From positions 2,070,001 through 2,102,000 of the forward strand of contig NC_020304.1 in NCBI RefSeq assembly GCF_000341395.1: a DNA stretch of 32,000 nt, written 5' to 3'. Every line of letters begins with the position of its first letter. The first letter of the stretch is position 1. The notes under the pieces were generated by a model. The model made no database searches, was not told the DNA's origin, and saw only the letters and a program-made list of their open reading frames with translations. Made by a program: the position numbers and the translations under genes. Below are positions 1 through 9,202 of this stretch, piece after piece. The DNA is from Desulfocapsa sulfexigens DSM 10523. Its GTDB lineage: Bacteria > Desulfobacterota > Desulfobulbia > Desulfobulbales > Desulfocapsaceae.

Positions 1-27
1 AGACCGCTTACAGAATATGTTCTTAAA

Positions 28-66
28 AGCCCCTTGTCGACCGATGTTGGCAGGGGGCTTTTTTTT
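28..66 (+). terminator. Rho-independent terminator of a gene upstream of the window
   Basis: AAGCCCCTTG...CAGGGGGCTTTTTTTT: GC-rich stem followed by a T run. Confidence 0.75.
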
Positions 67-115
67 AGCTGGTAGAATGACCTGTCGCCTTGATTTCTGG
101 ATAAGGATATCTGCT

Positions 116-745
116 CTATAATAAGATATTTCGAGCAAAGTCAATGATCGGTAGTATCATCTTTGACAGTATGCCTGAAAATGCCAGGAGTATAATAATA
201 ACAAACCCATAACGTTCAACCGATGCGTATGATCTTGCCATATCCGGAGGGAGGATGCCTGCAAGAATCTTGCTCCCGTCCAGTGGTGGAATGGGTAGGA
301 AGTTAAAGATACAGAGTACCAGATTTATCCAGACGGAAGCCATGAGCACCTCATTCAACGGGACAAGGATAGCTTCGGCAATGGGGGAATAGGGAATGGT
401 GGCGGCAATGAACCAGACGATCTTTGTAAGTATTGCACTGATAACAGCCAGCGCCAGATTCACAGCAGGGCCTGCAAGGGCCACCCATAGCATGTCCTTA
501 CGTGGATTCTTGAAATAATACGGATTCACGGGTACCGGTTTTGCCCAACCGATTTTAATAATAAAAAATGCCAGTGTTCCTAGTGGATCAAGGTGTTTCA
601 AAGGGTTTAATGTCAGGCGTCCCTCGTTTCTTGCAGTGGGGTCACCGAAACGGTAGGCTACATAGCCGTGGGCAAATTCGTGGACGGTCAGGGCCAGGAG
701 GATTGGTGGGGCGAGAATTATTATCTGAAGAATAATACTATTCAT
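116..745 (-). CDS. Site-2 protease family (M50) membrane zinc metalloprotease, rhomboid-free RseP-like short form
   Basis: 209 aa; HEFAHGYVAYRFGD (HExxH) near the N-terminus, NLVLCIFNFLPIPPLDGSKIL (NxxPxPPLDG) motif, multiple TM segments. Confidence 0.93.
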   Translation of the reverse strand: MNSIILQIIILAPPILLALTVHEFAHGYVAYRFGDPTARNEGRLTLNPLKHLDPLGTLAFFIIKIGWAKPVPVNPYYFKNPRKDMLWVALAGPAVNLALAVISAILTKIVWFIAATIPYSPIAEAILVPLNEVLMASVWINLVLCIFNFLPIPPLDGSKILAGILPPDMARSYASVERYGFVIIILLAFSGILSKMILPIIDFARNILL

Positions 746-905
746 AGTGTTTCTATTTCCAATGAAGTGTTTACGTGTCAGGGAAGAGTAATCATTGAAG
801 GGTGAAGGCGCAAGGAGTCGGAGTTTCTCTTAATGATTGAGGATTGTGTTTATTTAAAAGCACAATTCTGGCATTGTTACTGAAGCGATTTTAGACAGAG
901 CCCTG

Positions 906-1802
906 TCATCTTTTTCCTTCTCGTTTGTTTTCAAGATATTGAAAAACCCGGCTGAGCAGTAGAGTTATGATACAGGCCATGGCTAGTCGGCTGATGACAA
1001 TAATCCAGTAGTTTGCCCCAAAAAGAACGAAAATAAGAGGGTCTTCGAGAAGAGAATGGCAGATCATAAGGAAGGTAGCAATGAAAAAGATATCCTTTTT
1101 CTGAAGGTTACCCGATTCAGCTTCTTTAAAGAGAATCCCAGCACCATAGGTGATTCCCAGGAGTTGCCCGGTAAGTAATGAAAACGAAGTTTGCACCCGT
1201 TGACCATAGTGTGTAATAAACTGTGTCCGCTTAATTGTATCCATCAGAAAAATAACAATAGTAATGAGACTGATTATCTTTAGAGACAGGACTGCTGCAT
1301 TCGCCAGTGAGTGGAGTAGCATGTCGGGGATACTCGAATATGACGCGAGCTGGATGTTTTTCCCACTCCGTTCTCCTGTGAAAAATGAGGCAGGCAGGAA
1401 AAAAAGAGGCATGGTGGTGAGAAAGGCCATGGATATCCTCAGGCAGGTGGAGTAGAGAAAGCTGATGCCGAGCTTTTTCATAATACTGTTTTCCACTGGA
1501 AGGCTGTGACAGACTCCAAGGAAGACCCCGAGGATCGTCCATTCGTAGGAACTGAGCCCCAGCGGTGCTGCAAATGCTACTGCAGCGTATATATTGAGGA
1601 AGACCCCTGCGCAGATGGCCATTGCCGTTTCTGAAGGAAGCTGCAGAATGCTGGTAACCGGAGAAAAGAGAAAACTTACTGGTCGGAGGAGATCAAAGTA
1701 AAGAAGAATGTCGGCGAGAATATAAAATGGAATAACCAGTTTCAGTATAAGGATTGCACTGGCAAATGATGCTTTTAGGCTTTCGCGCAAAGAGTTTGGC
1801 AT
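906..1802 (-). CDS. Nucleoside-recognition (Gate) domain / spore-maturation-like membrane protein
   Basis: 298 aa polytopic protein; two halves resembling Gate domains (LPSETAMAICAGVFLNIYAAVAFAAPLGLSSYEWTILGVFLGVCHSLPVENSIMKKLG; LLTGQLLGITYGAGILFKEAESG). Confidence 0.7.
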   Translation of the reverse strand: MPNSLRESLKASFASAILILKLVIPFYILADILLYFDLLRPVSFLFSPVTSILQLPSETAMAICAGVFLNIYAAVAFAAPLGLSSYEWTILGVFLGVCHSLPVENSIMKKLGISFLYSTCLRISMAFLTTMPLFFLPASFFTGERSGKNIQLASYSSIPDMLLHSLANAAVLSLKIISLITIVIFLMDTIKRTQFITHYGQRVQTSFSLLTGQLLGITYGAGILFKEAESGNLQKKDIFFIATFLMICHSLLEDPLIFVLFGANYWIIVISRLAMACIITLLLSRVFQYLENKREGKR

Positions 1803-1934
1803 GGTAAGATGCTGTATACGGTATATTGCTTATAGCCGCAATGCTTATTCTACTCTTGACGATAAAGTAACTGCCTAATACATTACGCAATGTCTGAGAT
1901 GTCGTGTGCCGGTAGTTTTTTAAGGTTTAAATGA

Positions 1935-2840
1935 GTGTCAACTACAGTGAGGATTTTTGTGAATTACAGATATTGGTGGGTTTTCCTGCTTGCTTTTTTG
2001 TTTTGTTTTCCCGTTCAGCTGTCTGCTGAGACTTCTGCAAAATTAGACGTTTTCGTTTCCATTCCTCCTCAGAAGTGGTTGTGTGAACAGCTTGGCGGTG
2101 GTCACCTTGTAATCCATCTTCTGGTGGCCCAGGGGCAGGAACCTCATGCCTTTGAACCCACTCCCAGGCAGATTCAGGCTCTTTCCGGTGCCGGAGTGTT
2201 TTTTACCGCCGGGATGGAATTTGAGCAGGAAATCACCAGGCGTCTTCAGGCGGGAGCACCATCTCTGCAGATAATCGACACCAGTAATGACATAGAAAAA
2301 ATTTCCATTAATGGAGCCGGCCACGACCATGATCATGCGGAGATGTTGGACCCCCATGTCTGGTTGTCACCACCAAACTTGAAAAGTATGGCCGGAGTCA
2401 TGACCGCAGCCCTTGGCCATAAAGATCCTGAAAATAAAAGGGTGTATGACGCGAATCTGGAAAAACTGAACGCCCGGTTGGATGCTCTTGATCAGGTCGT
2501 TATGGAAGATCTGGCGGCTTTCCAGGGGGCTTCTTTTTTTGTCTTCCATCCGGCATTTGGTTATTTTGCTCATCGCTACCATTTGCAGCAGGTTGCTGTG
2601 GAAACGGGTGGAAAATCCCCAACTCCAAAACAGCTTTTTGCACTTATTAAAAAGGCAAAGAAAGACGGGGTGAAGGTGATTTTTGTCCAGCCCCAGTTTG
2701 ATCCAAGAAGTGCAGAGAAGGTGGCAACTGCCATTGGTGGTAAGGTCATTACCCTTGATCCCCTTGCAGAGAACAGTGTTGATAATATACGGATCATGGC
2801 TGAAAAAATTGCTGATGCCCTTACTGGTCGGACAAAGTAA
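1935..2840 (+). CDS. znuA: Metal (zinc-type) ABC transporter substrate-binding protein
   Basis: Signal peptide, VSIPPQKWLCEQLGG, EPTPRQIQAL, short His loop GHDHDHAEMLDPHVWLSPPN; first gene of a znuA-C-B order. GTG start; a later in-frame GTG is also possible. Confidence 0.88.
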   Translation: MSTTVRIFVNYRYWWVFLLAFLFCFPVQLSAETSAKLDVFVSIPPQKWLCEQLGGGHLVIHLLVAQGQEPHAFEPTPRQIQALSGAGVFFTAGMEFEQEITRRLQAGAPSLQIIDTSNDIEKISINGAGHDHDHAEMLDPHVWLSPPNLKSMAGVMTAALGHKDPENKRVYDANLEKLNARLDALDQVVMEDLAAFQGASFFVFHPAFGYFAHRYHLQQVAVETGGKSPTPKQLFALIKKAKKDGVKVIFVQPQFDPRSAEKVATAIGGKVITLDPLAENSVDNIRIMAEKIADALTGRTK

Positions 2841-3610
2841 TGGCTGCTGATATGTCAGATAGCAGTGCGATATCCATTCGTGACCTTTCCTTTTCCTATG
2901 ATGCTCAGGTTGTGCTTGAGGACGTCAATCTTGAAGTGCTTTCTCTGGATTCCATCTGTGTGGTTGGACCAAATGGTGGAGGAAAATCCACCCTTATAAA
3001 ATTAATAGTAGGACTCCTCAATCCCGATAGCGGTGAAGTGCGAGTCTTTGGTGAAAAACCAGAATCTGCAAGGTTGAGGATAGGCTATGTCCCCCAGTAT
3101 GCCAGGTATGATCCGCAGTTTCCCATCTCTGTTTTTGAGGTGGTGTGTATGGGACGATTAAGTGATTCGTGGATTGGACGATATACACGTGATGATAGGG
3201 AAAAGGTGATGGAAGCGCTCAGTATTATAGGGCTTGCAGATATTGCTGACAGGCCTTTTTCTTCCATTTCCGGTGGACAGCGACAGCGTGTACTTATTGC
3301 CAGAGCCCTTGCTTCTGAAGGTGATATCCTGATTCTTGATGAACCTACGGCCAATATCGATCATGAATCGGAGGTGCAATTTTTTGATCTTCTGACAGAG
3401 TTGAATAAACGCATGACTATACTGATGGTTACACACGAAGTTGGCTTTGCATCCACCTTTTTTAAACGGATTGCCTGCGTGAATAAACAGGTGGTGATTC
3501 ATCCGACGAGTGCTCTCACAGGGGATCTTATTCGTGATATGTATGGCGGTGACTTGCAGATTATCCGTCACGATCACTTTTGTGGAGTGGAAGGACACCA
3601 GCATGATTGA
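2840..3610 (+). CDS. znuC: Metal ABC transporter ATP-binding protein
   Basis: Walker A GPNGGGKST, signature ISGGQRQRVLIARAL, Walker B ILILDEPTANID, H-loop VTHE; TAATG overlap with the upstream gene. Confidence 0.92.
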   Translation: MAADMSDSSAISIRDLSFSYDAQVVLEDVNLEVLSLDSICVVGPNGGGKSTLIKLIVGLLNPDSGEVRVFGEKPESARLRIGYVPQYARYDPQFPISVFEVVCMGRLSDSWIGRYTRDDREKVMEALSIIGLADIADRPFSSISGGQRQRVLIARALASEGDILILDEPTANIDHESEVQFFDLLTELNKRMTILMVTHEVGFASTFFKRIACVNKQVVIHPTSALTGDLIRDMYGGDLQIIRHDHFCGVEGHQHD

Positions 3611-4451
3611 ATTTGTGGCAGCATTGACAGATCCCAATTTGCCGTTTTTTCGCTATGCATTGCTTACTGGAATTTTTGCCTCTGTCCCCTTTGGTATAAT
3701 TGGTACCTTTGTCGTTGTACGCAGGATCAGCTATATTGCGGGTGCCATTGCCCATTGTGTGCTTGGTGGAATAGGTCTTGGCATGTATCTGGAAAAAGCG
3801 GTGGGGATCAGCTGGTTTGGACCCATGCAGGGAGCTGTCCTGGTGGCATTACTTGCTGCGGTTATTTTAACTCTGGTAAGTCGCTACGCTGCTGAGCGTG
3901 AGGACAGTGTGATTGGTGCTCTCTGGGCTGTCGGCATGGCAACTGGGCTTCTTTTTATTGCCAAAACCCCGGGGTATGTCGATCCCATGAGTTATCTTTT
4001 CGGGAACATCCTGCTCGTCTCAAAACAGGATTTTGTCTTTGTACTGGTGCTTGATGTGATTGTACTTGGACTCGTTACTCTTTTTTATAATAAATTTCTG
4101 GCCGTGTGTTTTGATGAGGAGTTTTCACGACTGCGGGGAGTACATACGGGCTGGATGTATCTGCTGCTACTGTGTCTGGCTGCGCTCACCATTGTTTTGC
4201 TGGTGAGGGTTGTCGGTATTGTTATGGTAATTGCTCTGCTTACTCTGCCAGCTGCTGTTGCCGGTAATATGTCTCGAAATATCAAGCAGATGATGTTTGT
4301 TTCGATTTTGTTTTGTGCCGGTTTTGTGGTGATGGGGCTAGGGGTAAGTTACAATCTTGACCTGCCAAGTGGGCCAGTGATTATTGTCATTGCTGCCCTT
4401 GTGTATCTTCTGGTTTTGTCCGCCGCAAGATTAAAAAAGAGTTTTTTCTGA
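3603..4451 (+). CDS. znuB: Metal ABC transporter permease (ZnuB/TroC family)
   Basis: FFRYALLTGIFASVPFGIIGTFVVVRRISYIAGAIAHCVLGGIGLG; ATG at 3603 overlaps the znuC end. The track ORF extends upstream to 3510, but that part lies inside znuC. Confidence 0.9.
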   Translation: MIEFVAALTDPNLPFFRYALLTGIFASVPFGIIGTFVVVRRISYIAGAIAHCVLGGIGLGMYLEKAVGISWFGPMQGAVLVALLAAVILTLVSRYAAEREDSVIGALWAVGMATGLLFIAKTPGYVDPMSYLFGNILLVSKQDFVFVLVLDVIVLGLVTLFYNKFLAVCFDEEFSRLRGVHTGWMYLLLLCLAALTIVLLVRVVGIVMVIALLTLPAAVAGNMSRNIKQMMFVSILFCAGFVVMGLGVSYNLDLPSGPVIIVIAALVYLLVLSAARLKKSFF

Positions 4452-4538
4452 TGCTGTCCCATAATGCACATCTTTTGAGTAATTTTACCGGCTATGGATC
4501 AAAATTTACTGCGGTTTGTCAGGGACTGAGTGGTTTCG

Positions 4539-5345
4539 TTAAGAGGAAAGATTGTTTAGTTGTATGGATCCGCCAAGCTGTGTGAGGAATGATTTTGATT
4601 TTGCAGAAATCCCCATAAACTCCATACCATATCTTCCATCGGTTGCTGATCGTACAATAGCAGTCTCTGAAAGTTTGAAGGCCTTGCCAACAGAAAATTG
4701 AACATGCATCCGATCATCAACCCTATGGCTGGTGTTGGAGACCATGAGAAATCCACCGGGACTGATGTTGCGTATTACACCATGGCTTCTTTTCCCTGAA
4801 TTGAGATCCTGGCAATATGCAAAAAGATCTTCATCAACAATATGATCTTTTGGGATGCGTTTGTAACGTCTTCTTTCCTTTGGTTCCTCTTTAGGTTCAG
4901 TGTCGTCCTGATGGATAAACCTGTCATAAAAATCGGTATCAATTACTGTATCATTGTTCGTTGGTTGTAATTGCTCTCTGGCAGGTTCTTGGGAAATGGG
5001 GGCGATAAAGACAGAGAAAATGGCAAAGGCATCATCCCGGTTTTCGGCAATTGTGAAAACCTCATCCAGGTGAGTGATTTTAAGGAGACTCCTTACCTGT
5101 TCAGTAATGCCGCATATTACTAACTGGCCATCGTCGTAGATCTCTTTAAGAGCTCTGATCATGGAACCCAGGCCAGTGCTGTCCATGAAGATAATATTGC
5201 TCATATCAAGAAGAATGAAAACATTGCCTTCTTTGATAAATCCCTGCATTGCCGAAAGAAAACTCTCTGCCTGAGGGGCGTCCAGTCTTTCACCTTCAAA
5301 GGTAACGATAAATACCCCTTGAATAAGTTCTGTTTTTAGTCTCAT
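4539..5345 (-). CDS. STAS (anti-sigma factor antagonist-like) domain fused to a PilZ-like domain
   Basis: N-terminal STAS: VFILLDMSNIIFMDSTGLGSMIRALKEIYDDG. C-terminal PilZ-like: RRRYKRIP...GVIRNISPGGFLMVSNTSHRVDDRMHVQF. Confidence 0.82.
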   Translation of the reverse strand: MRLKTELIQGVFIVTFEGERLDAPQAESFLSAMQGFIKEGNVFILLDMSNIIFMDSTGLGSMIRALKEIYDDGQLVICGITEQVRSLLKITHLDEVFTIAENRDDAFAIFSVFIAPISQEPAREQLQPTNNDTVIDTDFYDRFIHQDDTEPKEEPKERRRYKRIPKDHIVDEDLFAYCQDLNSGKRSHGVIRNISPGGFLMVSNTSHRVDDRMHVQFSVGKAFKLSETAIVRSATDGRYGMEFMGISAKSKSFLTQLGGSIQLNNLSS

Positions 5346-5494
5346 GGTGCAATCTTTGCTCTGCCCTTGGAGAAAGTGATTGTTTTTTTTAGTTACAGGA
5401 AATTAATCAATTGCAAAGAATAATACAAGTAACTTGTCCTTTTTATACGTGAAGTCTTGAGAAGGGGATATGTATTCTGTTTTACAACGTGAAC

Positions 5495-5538
5495 AAAAAA
5501 AGGTCCTCCAGCATGCTGTCGCTGAATGACCTTTTTTA
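5495..5538 (-). terminator. Rho-independent terminator downstream of the PEP-CTERM gene, possibly bidirectional
   Basis: AAAAAAAGGTC...CAGC...GCTG...GACCTTTTTT inverted repeat flanked by A and T runs. Confidence 0.7.
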
Positions 5539-5576
5539 TAGGGTGAATTTGTAATTTTTTTCGAAAGCTCTACCGT

Positions 5577-6287
5577 TTATTTTGCTTTCCTTCGCAGCCT
5601 GTAACCTGCAAGGCCAGTAAGCCCTGCGCCAAAGAGCAGCATGGTGGCAGGTTCTGGTACCGGTGCACCTCCTCCCGCAACATCATTAGCGCACCAGGGG
5701 GCGTACGCTACAAAAAAGCCATCTTCTACTGCCAGACCACCAAAACTACTAAAGTCGTAGGTTATGGTAAGTCCTGAATGATTACCACCTATATTACTAT
5801 TTAAAAGTGTAAGAAAATTGGCATCGATACCATTTGGATTTCCTTCACGTCCAATTTTACTAATAGTAGTGTATTCATAATAATCAGCAACACTGTAAAG
5901 GCCACTACTGGCAGCGACATCACCGGTGGTTTCTCCCACCGGATTAAATCCAGAATCAAGGCTTTCCCTTCCATCGAGTACAAAAAAATTCCAATCATCC
6001 CATGCCGAGTTACTCTTCCAGGAGGTATTGATAAATAACGAATCAAATGCACGTCGGGCATCACTTTCTAAATCAACAGTAATGCGAGTAAGAAAATTAT
6101 TTTCAACAGTTACATGTAAACCAGCAACCTCAGGAGTTCCATATTCGTCTGTAGTTCTGTTACTGCTATACCCAGGCCAGTTAATCCAACTGTCTTCAAT
6201 GGTGTAAACTGTTGCTGCAGCATTGGAGGCAAACAGGCAAACAGTGCAAAACGAAATATAAGATATGATATTCAAAGATTTCTGCAT
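5577..6287 (-). CDS. PEP-CTERM sorting domain exported protein
   Basis: C-terminus VPEPATMLLFGAGLTGLAGYRLRRKAK; N-terminal signal peptide ILMQKSLNIISYISFCTVCLFASNAAA. ATG at 6287 is preceded by AAGGAG; the track start at 6323 is less likely. Confidence 0.88.
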   Translation of the reverse strand: MQKSLNIISYISFCTVCLFASNAAATVYTIEDSWINWPGYSSNRTTDEYGTPEVAGLHVTVENNFLTRITVDLESDARRAFDSLFINTSWKSNSAWDDWNFFVLDGRESLDSGFNPVGETTGDVAASSGLYSVADYYEYTTISKIGREGNPNGIDANFLTLLNSNIGGNHSGLTITYDFSSFGGLAVEDGFFVAYAPWCANDVAGGGAPVPEPATMLLFGAGLTGLAGYRLRRKAK

Positions 6288-6486
6288 CAGTATTCTCCTT
6301 ATGAGATTTAGAAATTCTAACAATCTTCCTAAATGGTAAGGTAAAACATATTTCCTGTCTATAGTTGAATTGACTATTTTAAATGGTTCCTGTTGAAAAA
6401 AAGTAAGGCCTGTTGGGGGGGTGGGCTGTTTTTAGGAGTGATTATCTGTTTTGGTCTAGGAAAAACAGAGATTGGGAAAATATTTT

Positions 6487-9162
6487 TTATCGAGGAAAAT
6501 GCTTTAAGATGAACTGTTTTTCGTCCTCTCTGCTTTTCACGAGTCCATCCAGACGTGCATCTGTGATATCTGAAAACATTTTTTTAAATTGCTCTCCAGG
6601 AATATAACCAAGTTTTTTGAGGTCATCACCATTAAGAAGTGATTGTACATTTCGCAGTGAGGTGACGTAGAGTGATACTGTTTTCTTGATTTCTTTTTTT
6701 CTGGCAATGGCCATCAAATAGAGCAATCCTTCGTTTGTGAGATTCTTGAGCATCTGATTGATTTCGCTGTTTTTTTCAGGTATCCGGCCGTAGAGTTTGT
6801 TGCCAATTTCGTCTGCCGTGAGTTTCTGGATGATCAGTTCCCTGCAAATATGATCATGAATCTGAAAACGTTCGCAAAATGTTTCAATTTGGCGGGGCCG
6901 GGATCTGGCCATAATAGCAAGGAGGTAAACACGCCACGGTTCAATGGGTTCGTCAAGGTAGAGAAGGTGAAACCAGGATATGGCCTGCTGGGCCTGTCTG
7001 ATGATATGGAGGAAACGGCGGTCGATTTTGAGATTGGGTAGCAGGTCGGGCCAGAGAAACTGGAAGAGTTCCAGGTCTGCAAGTCGCCTGATGGCAAGGA
7101 TTGGGTTTTCTTCCTCGAAAATCTGCTTGAGTTCGGTAAAGATGCGCGGGTTGTTTGTCTTGCCGAAGAGATCCATTTTTACGGCCCCATGAATCAGTCG
7201 TTCTGTATGTCTGGCAATTTTGAAATCCATTCGCTTTTCAAAGCGAACAGCTCGCAGGATACGGCTGGGATCTTCCACGAAACTTAAGTTGTGGAGGACT
7301 TTGATCAGTTTGTCCTTAAGGTCATTCTGGCAGCTGAAAAAGTCGATCAGCGTACCAAATAGGGCAGGGTTGAGCTGAAGTGCCATGGCGTTAATGGTGA
7401 AATCACGTCGGTAAAGATCAAGTTTGATGGATGAGAGTTCAACCGTTGGGAGTGCCGCCGGATATTCATAGTATTCGAGTCTTGCCGTGGCCACATCAAT
7501 CTTGAATCCGTTGGCGAGGGTTATGTTGGCGGTTTTAAAACGATCATGGGTTCGAACCCGGCCACCAAGGGTTTTCACAAGCTGTTTGGCAAAAATGATT
7601 CCATCACCCTCCACCACAATATCCAGATCCAGGTTTTTCTGCTTCTGGAGCAGGTCGCGAACAAACCCTCCAACTGCATAGGCTTTAAACCCAATGTCTT
7701 CGGCTACCTCGCCAATTGTTCTGAGCAGGATGATGAGGTCCCTATCCAGTGTTTCACTTATAAGTTGGAGAACATTTTTACTTTTTTCCCGAGTGGAGGG
7801 GGCATCTGCGCCTCCAAGGTCCTGAGGCATATGGCCGGGATCATTTATCAGCATGTTAAGGAGGTCGGTTCGTGTGATGACCCCCTCCAGTCGCTGTTCA
7901 TGAATAATGGGGATCAGCCGTTGTCTGTGTTCGATTATTAACTCTTCTATGTCGGAGAGTGTTGCACTGAGCGGAAGCACTTCAATGTCTGTTGTCATGT
8001 AATCACTTACAGGAAAAGTGCCGAGGTTGTGATGTATGGCCTTCTCAACAATTCTACGTGAAATGGTTCCGACAATTTTTGCCGGTGGGAGGGGAGTCGT
8101 TGCTGTTTCGGAATCAGCATCTGCAAGTACCGGAAGGGCTGTGATATTGTAGCGGGTGAGCAAGCTGTTCGCTTCAAGAATTGAAGTGTTTGAGGGGATT
8201 GAAATGACGGGCTGGGAGAGCATTTCTCCGGCGATTGCCTGTGGTTTGATATGTCTGTGGAGGCTCCGGATCAGTTGTTCCTGTGCCTCAATCATGGTCA
8301 TGTCTCGTAGGGTGGCCGAGGCCGCAGAGGCGTGGCCACCTCCATTAAAATCCCTGGCAATAGCCCCGGTGTTGACTTCCGGAACACGGGATCTTGCGAT
8401 GAGATAGATACGTCCCTCCATGGAGACCAGGGCAAAGAGGCAGTCGAGGTTTTCCATTATCATGAAGCGACGAACGATGAGTGAGAAGTCATCCTCGTAT
8501 TCTTCGAGTGTGAGATTTATGACCACAGCCTCAATGCCTGAAATCCTGTAACTTTTGGCGGTTTTGCTAAGTTCGTGTATCAGGCTCACCTGTCGGGCGG
8601 TGAGGTCATAGGAGAGGAATTGAGAAATGATGTCTAACTGAGCGCCTTTTTTTAACAGCCAGGCGGCCGCGAACAGGTCGTCCGGAGTGGTGGTCATGTG
8701 AGTAAGAGAGCCGGTGTCCTCATAAATACCAAGTCCGTAAATGGTTGCTTCTTCCTGGCTGACGGATATTTTTTTTTCTTGTAATACTCCACAGATAACC
8801 GTGATTGTTGCGCCAACCGGAGCAATTGTTTCAAGGTTTCCCTGCATGTCGTCTTCAGTGTCAGGGTGGTGGTCGTAAAGATGGAGGTTCAACTTTGGAT
8901 TGCTCAGGCATTTTGCAAACTCACCAATACGTCTCTTTTGCCTGGTGTCGACAACGATAAGGGTGTCTATCTGGTTCAGATCAATATACTTGAGTCTCGT
9001 GAAATCATATCGATGATGAAGCGTTTCTGCGATAAAGCGACGGACATTTTTTTCCTGGGAGCCGGGAAAGGCCATTACCGCGTCGGGGTAGAGTTTTTGT
9101 GCAGCGATCATGGAGGCAAGACCGTCAAAGTCCGCATTCAGGTGGGTTGTGATGACTTTCAT
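6487..9162 (-). CDS. DHH/DHHA1 phosphoesterase - CBS pair - polyA polymerase/tRNA nucleotidyltransferase fusion
   Basis: 891 aa; ITTHLNADFDGLASMIAA, VVDTRQ, YDHHPD (DHH); CBS-like MLSQPVISIPSNTSILEANSLLTRYNITALPVL and DYMTTDIEVLP; NTase head AYAVGGFVRDLLQKQKNLDLDIVVEGDG and RRDFTINAMA. Confidence 0.92.
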   Translation of the reverse strand: MKVITTHLNADFDGLASMIAAQKLYPDAVMAFPGSQEKNVRRFIAETLHHRYDFTRLKYIDLNQIDTLIVVDTRQKRRIGEFAKCLSNPKLNLHLYDHHPDTEDDMQGNLETIAPVGATITVICGVLQEKKISVSQEEATIYGLGIYEDTGSLTHMTTTPDDLFAAAWLLKKGAQLDIISQFLSYDLTARQVSLIHELSKTAKSYRISGIEAVVINLTLEEYEDDFSLIVRRFMIMENLDCLFALVSMEGRIYLIARSRVPEVNTGAIARDFNGGGHASAASATLRDMTMIEAQEQLIRSLHRHIKPQAIAGEMLSQPVISIPSNTSILEANSLLTRYNITALPVLADADSETATTPLPPAKIVGTISRRIVEKAIHHNLGTFPVSDYMTTDIEVLPLSATLSDIEELIIEHRQRLIPIIHEQRLEGVITRTDLLNMLINDPGHMPQDLGGADAPSTREKSKNVLQLISETLDRDLIILLRTIGEVAEDIGFKAYAVGGFVRDLLQKQKNLDLDIVVEGDGIIFAKQLVKTLGGRVRTHDRFKTANITLANGFKIDVATARLEYYEYPAALPTVELSSIKLDLYRRDFTINAMALQLNPALFGTLIDFFSCQNDLKDKLIKVLHNLSFVEDPSRILRAVRFEKRMDFKIARHTERLIHGAVKMDLFGKTNNPRIFTELKQIFEEENPILAIRRLADLELFQFLWPDLLPNLKIDRRFLHIIRQAQQAISWFHLLYLDEPIEPWRVYLLAIMARSRPRQIETFCERFQIHDHICRELIIQKLTADEIGNKLYGRIPEKNSEINQMLKNLTNEGLLYLMAIARKKEIKKTVSLYVTSLRNVQSLLNGDDLKKLGYIPGEQFKKMFSDITDARLDGLVKSREDEKQFILKHFPR

Positions 9163-9202
9163 GTCTTACTATCCACTATCCGTTATCAGCTGTCAACAGT
9201 CC

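Noticed and set aside
3158-3637. 159-aa minus-strand ORF
   Set aside because: Antisense to znuC/znuB, which carry unmistakable ABC motifs on the plus strand.
7546-7941. 131-aa plus-strand ORF
   Set aside because: Antisense within the DHH-CBS-nucleotidyltransferase gene, with no independent support.
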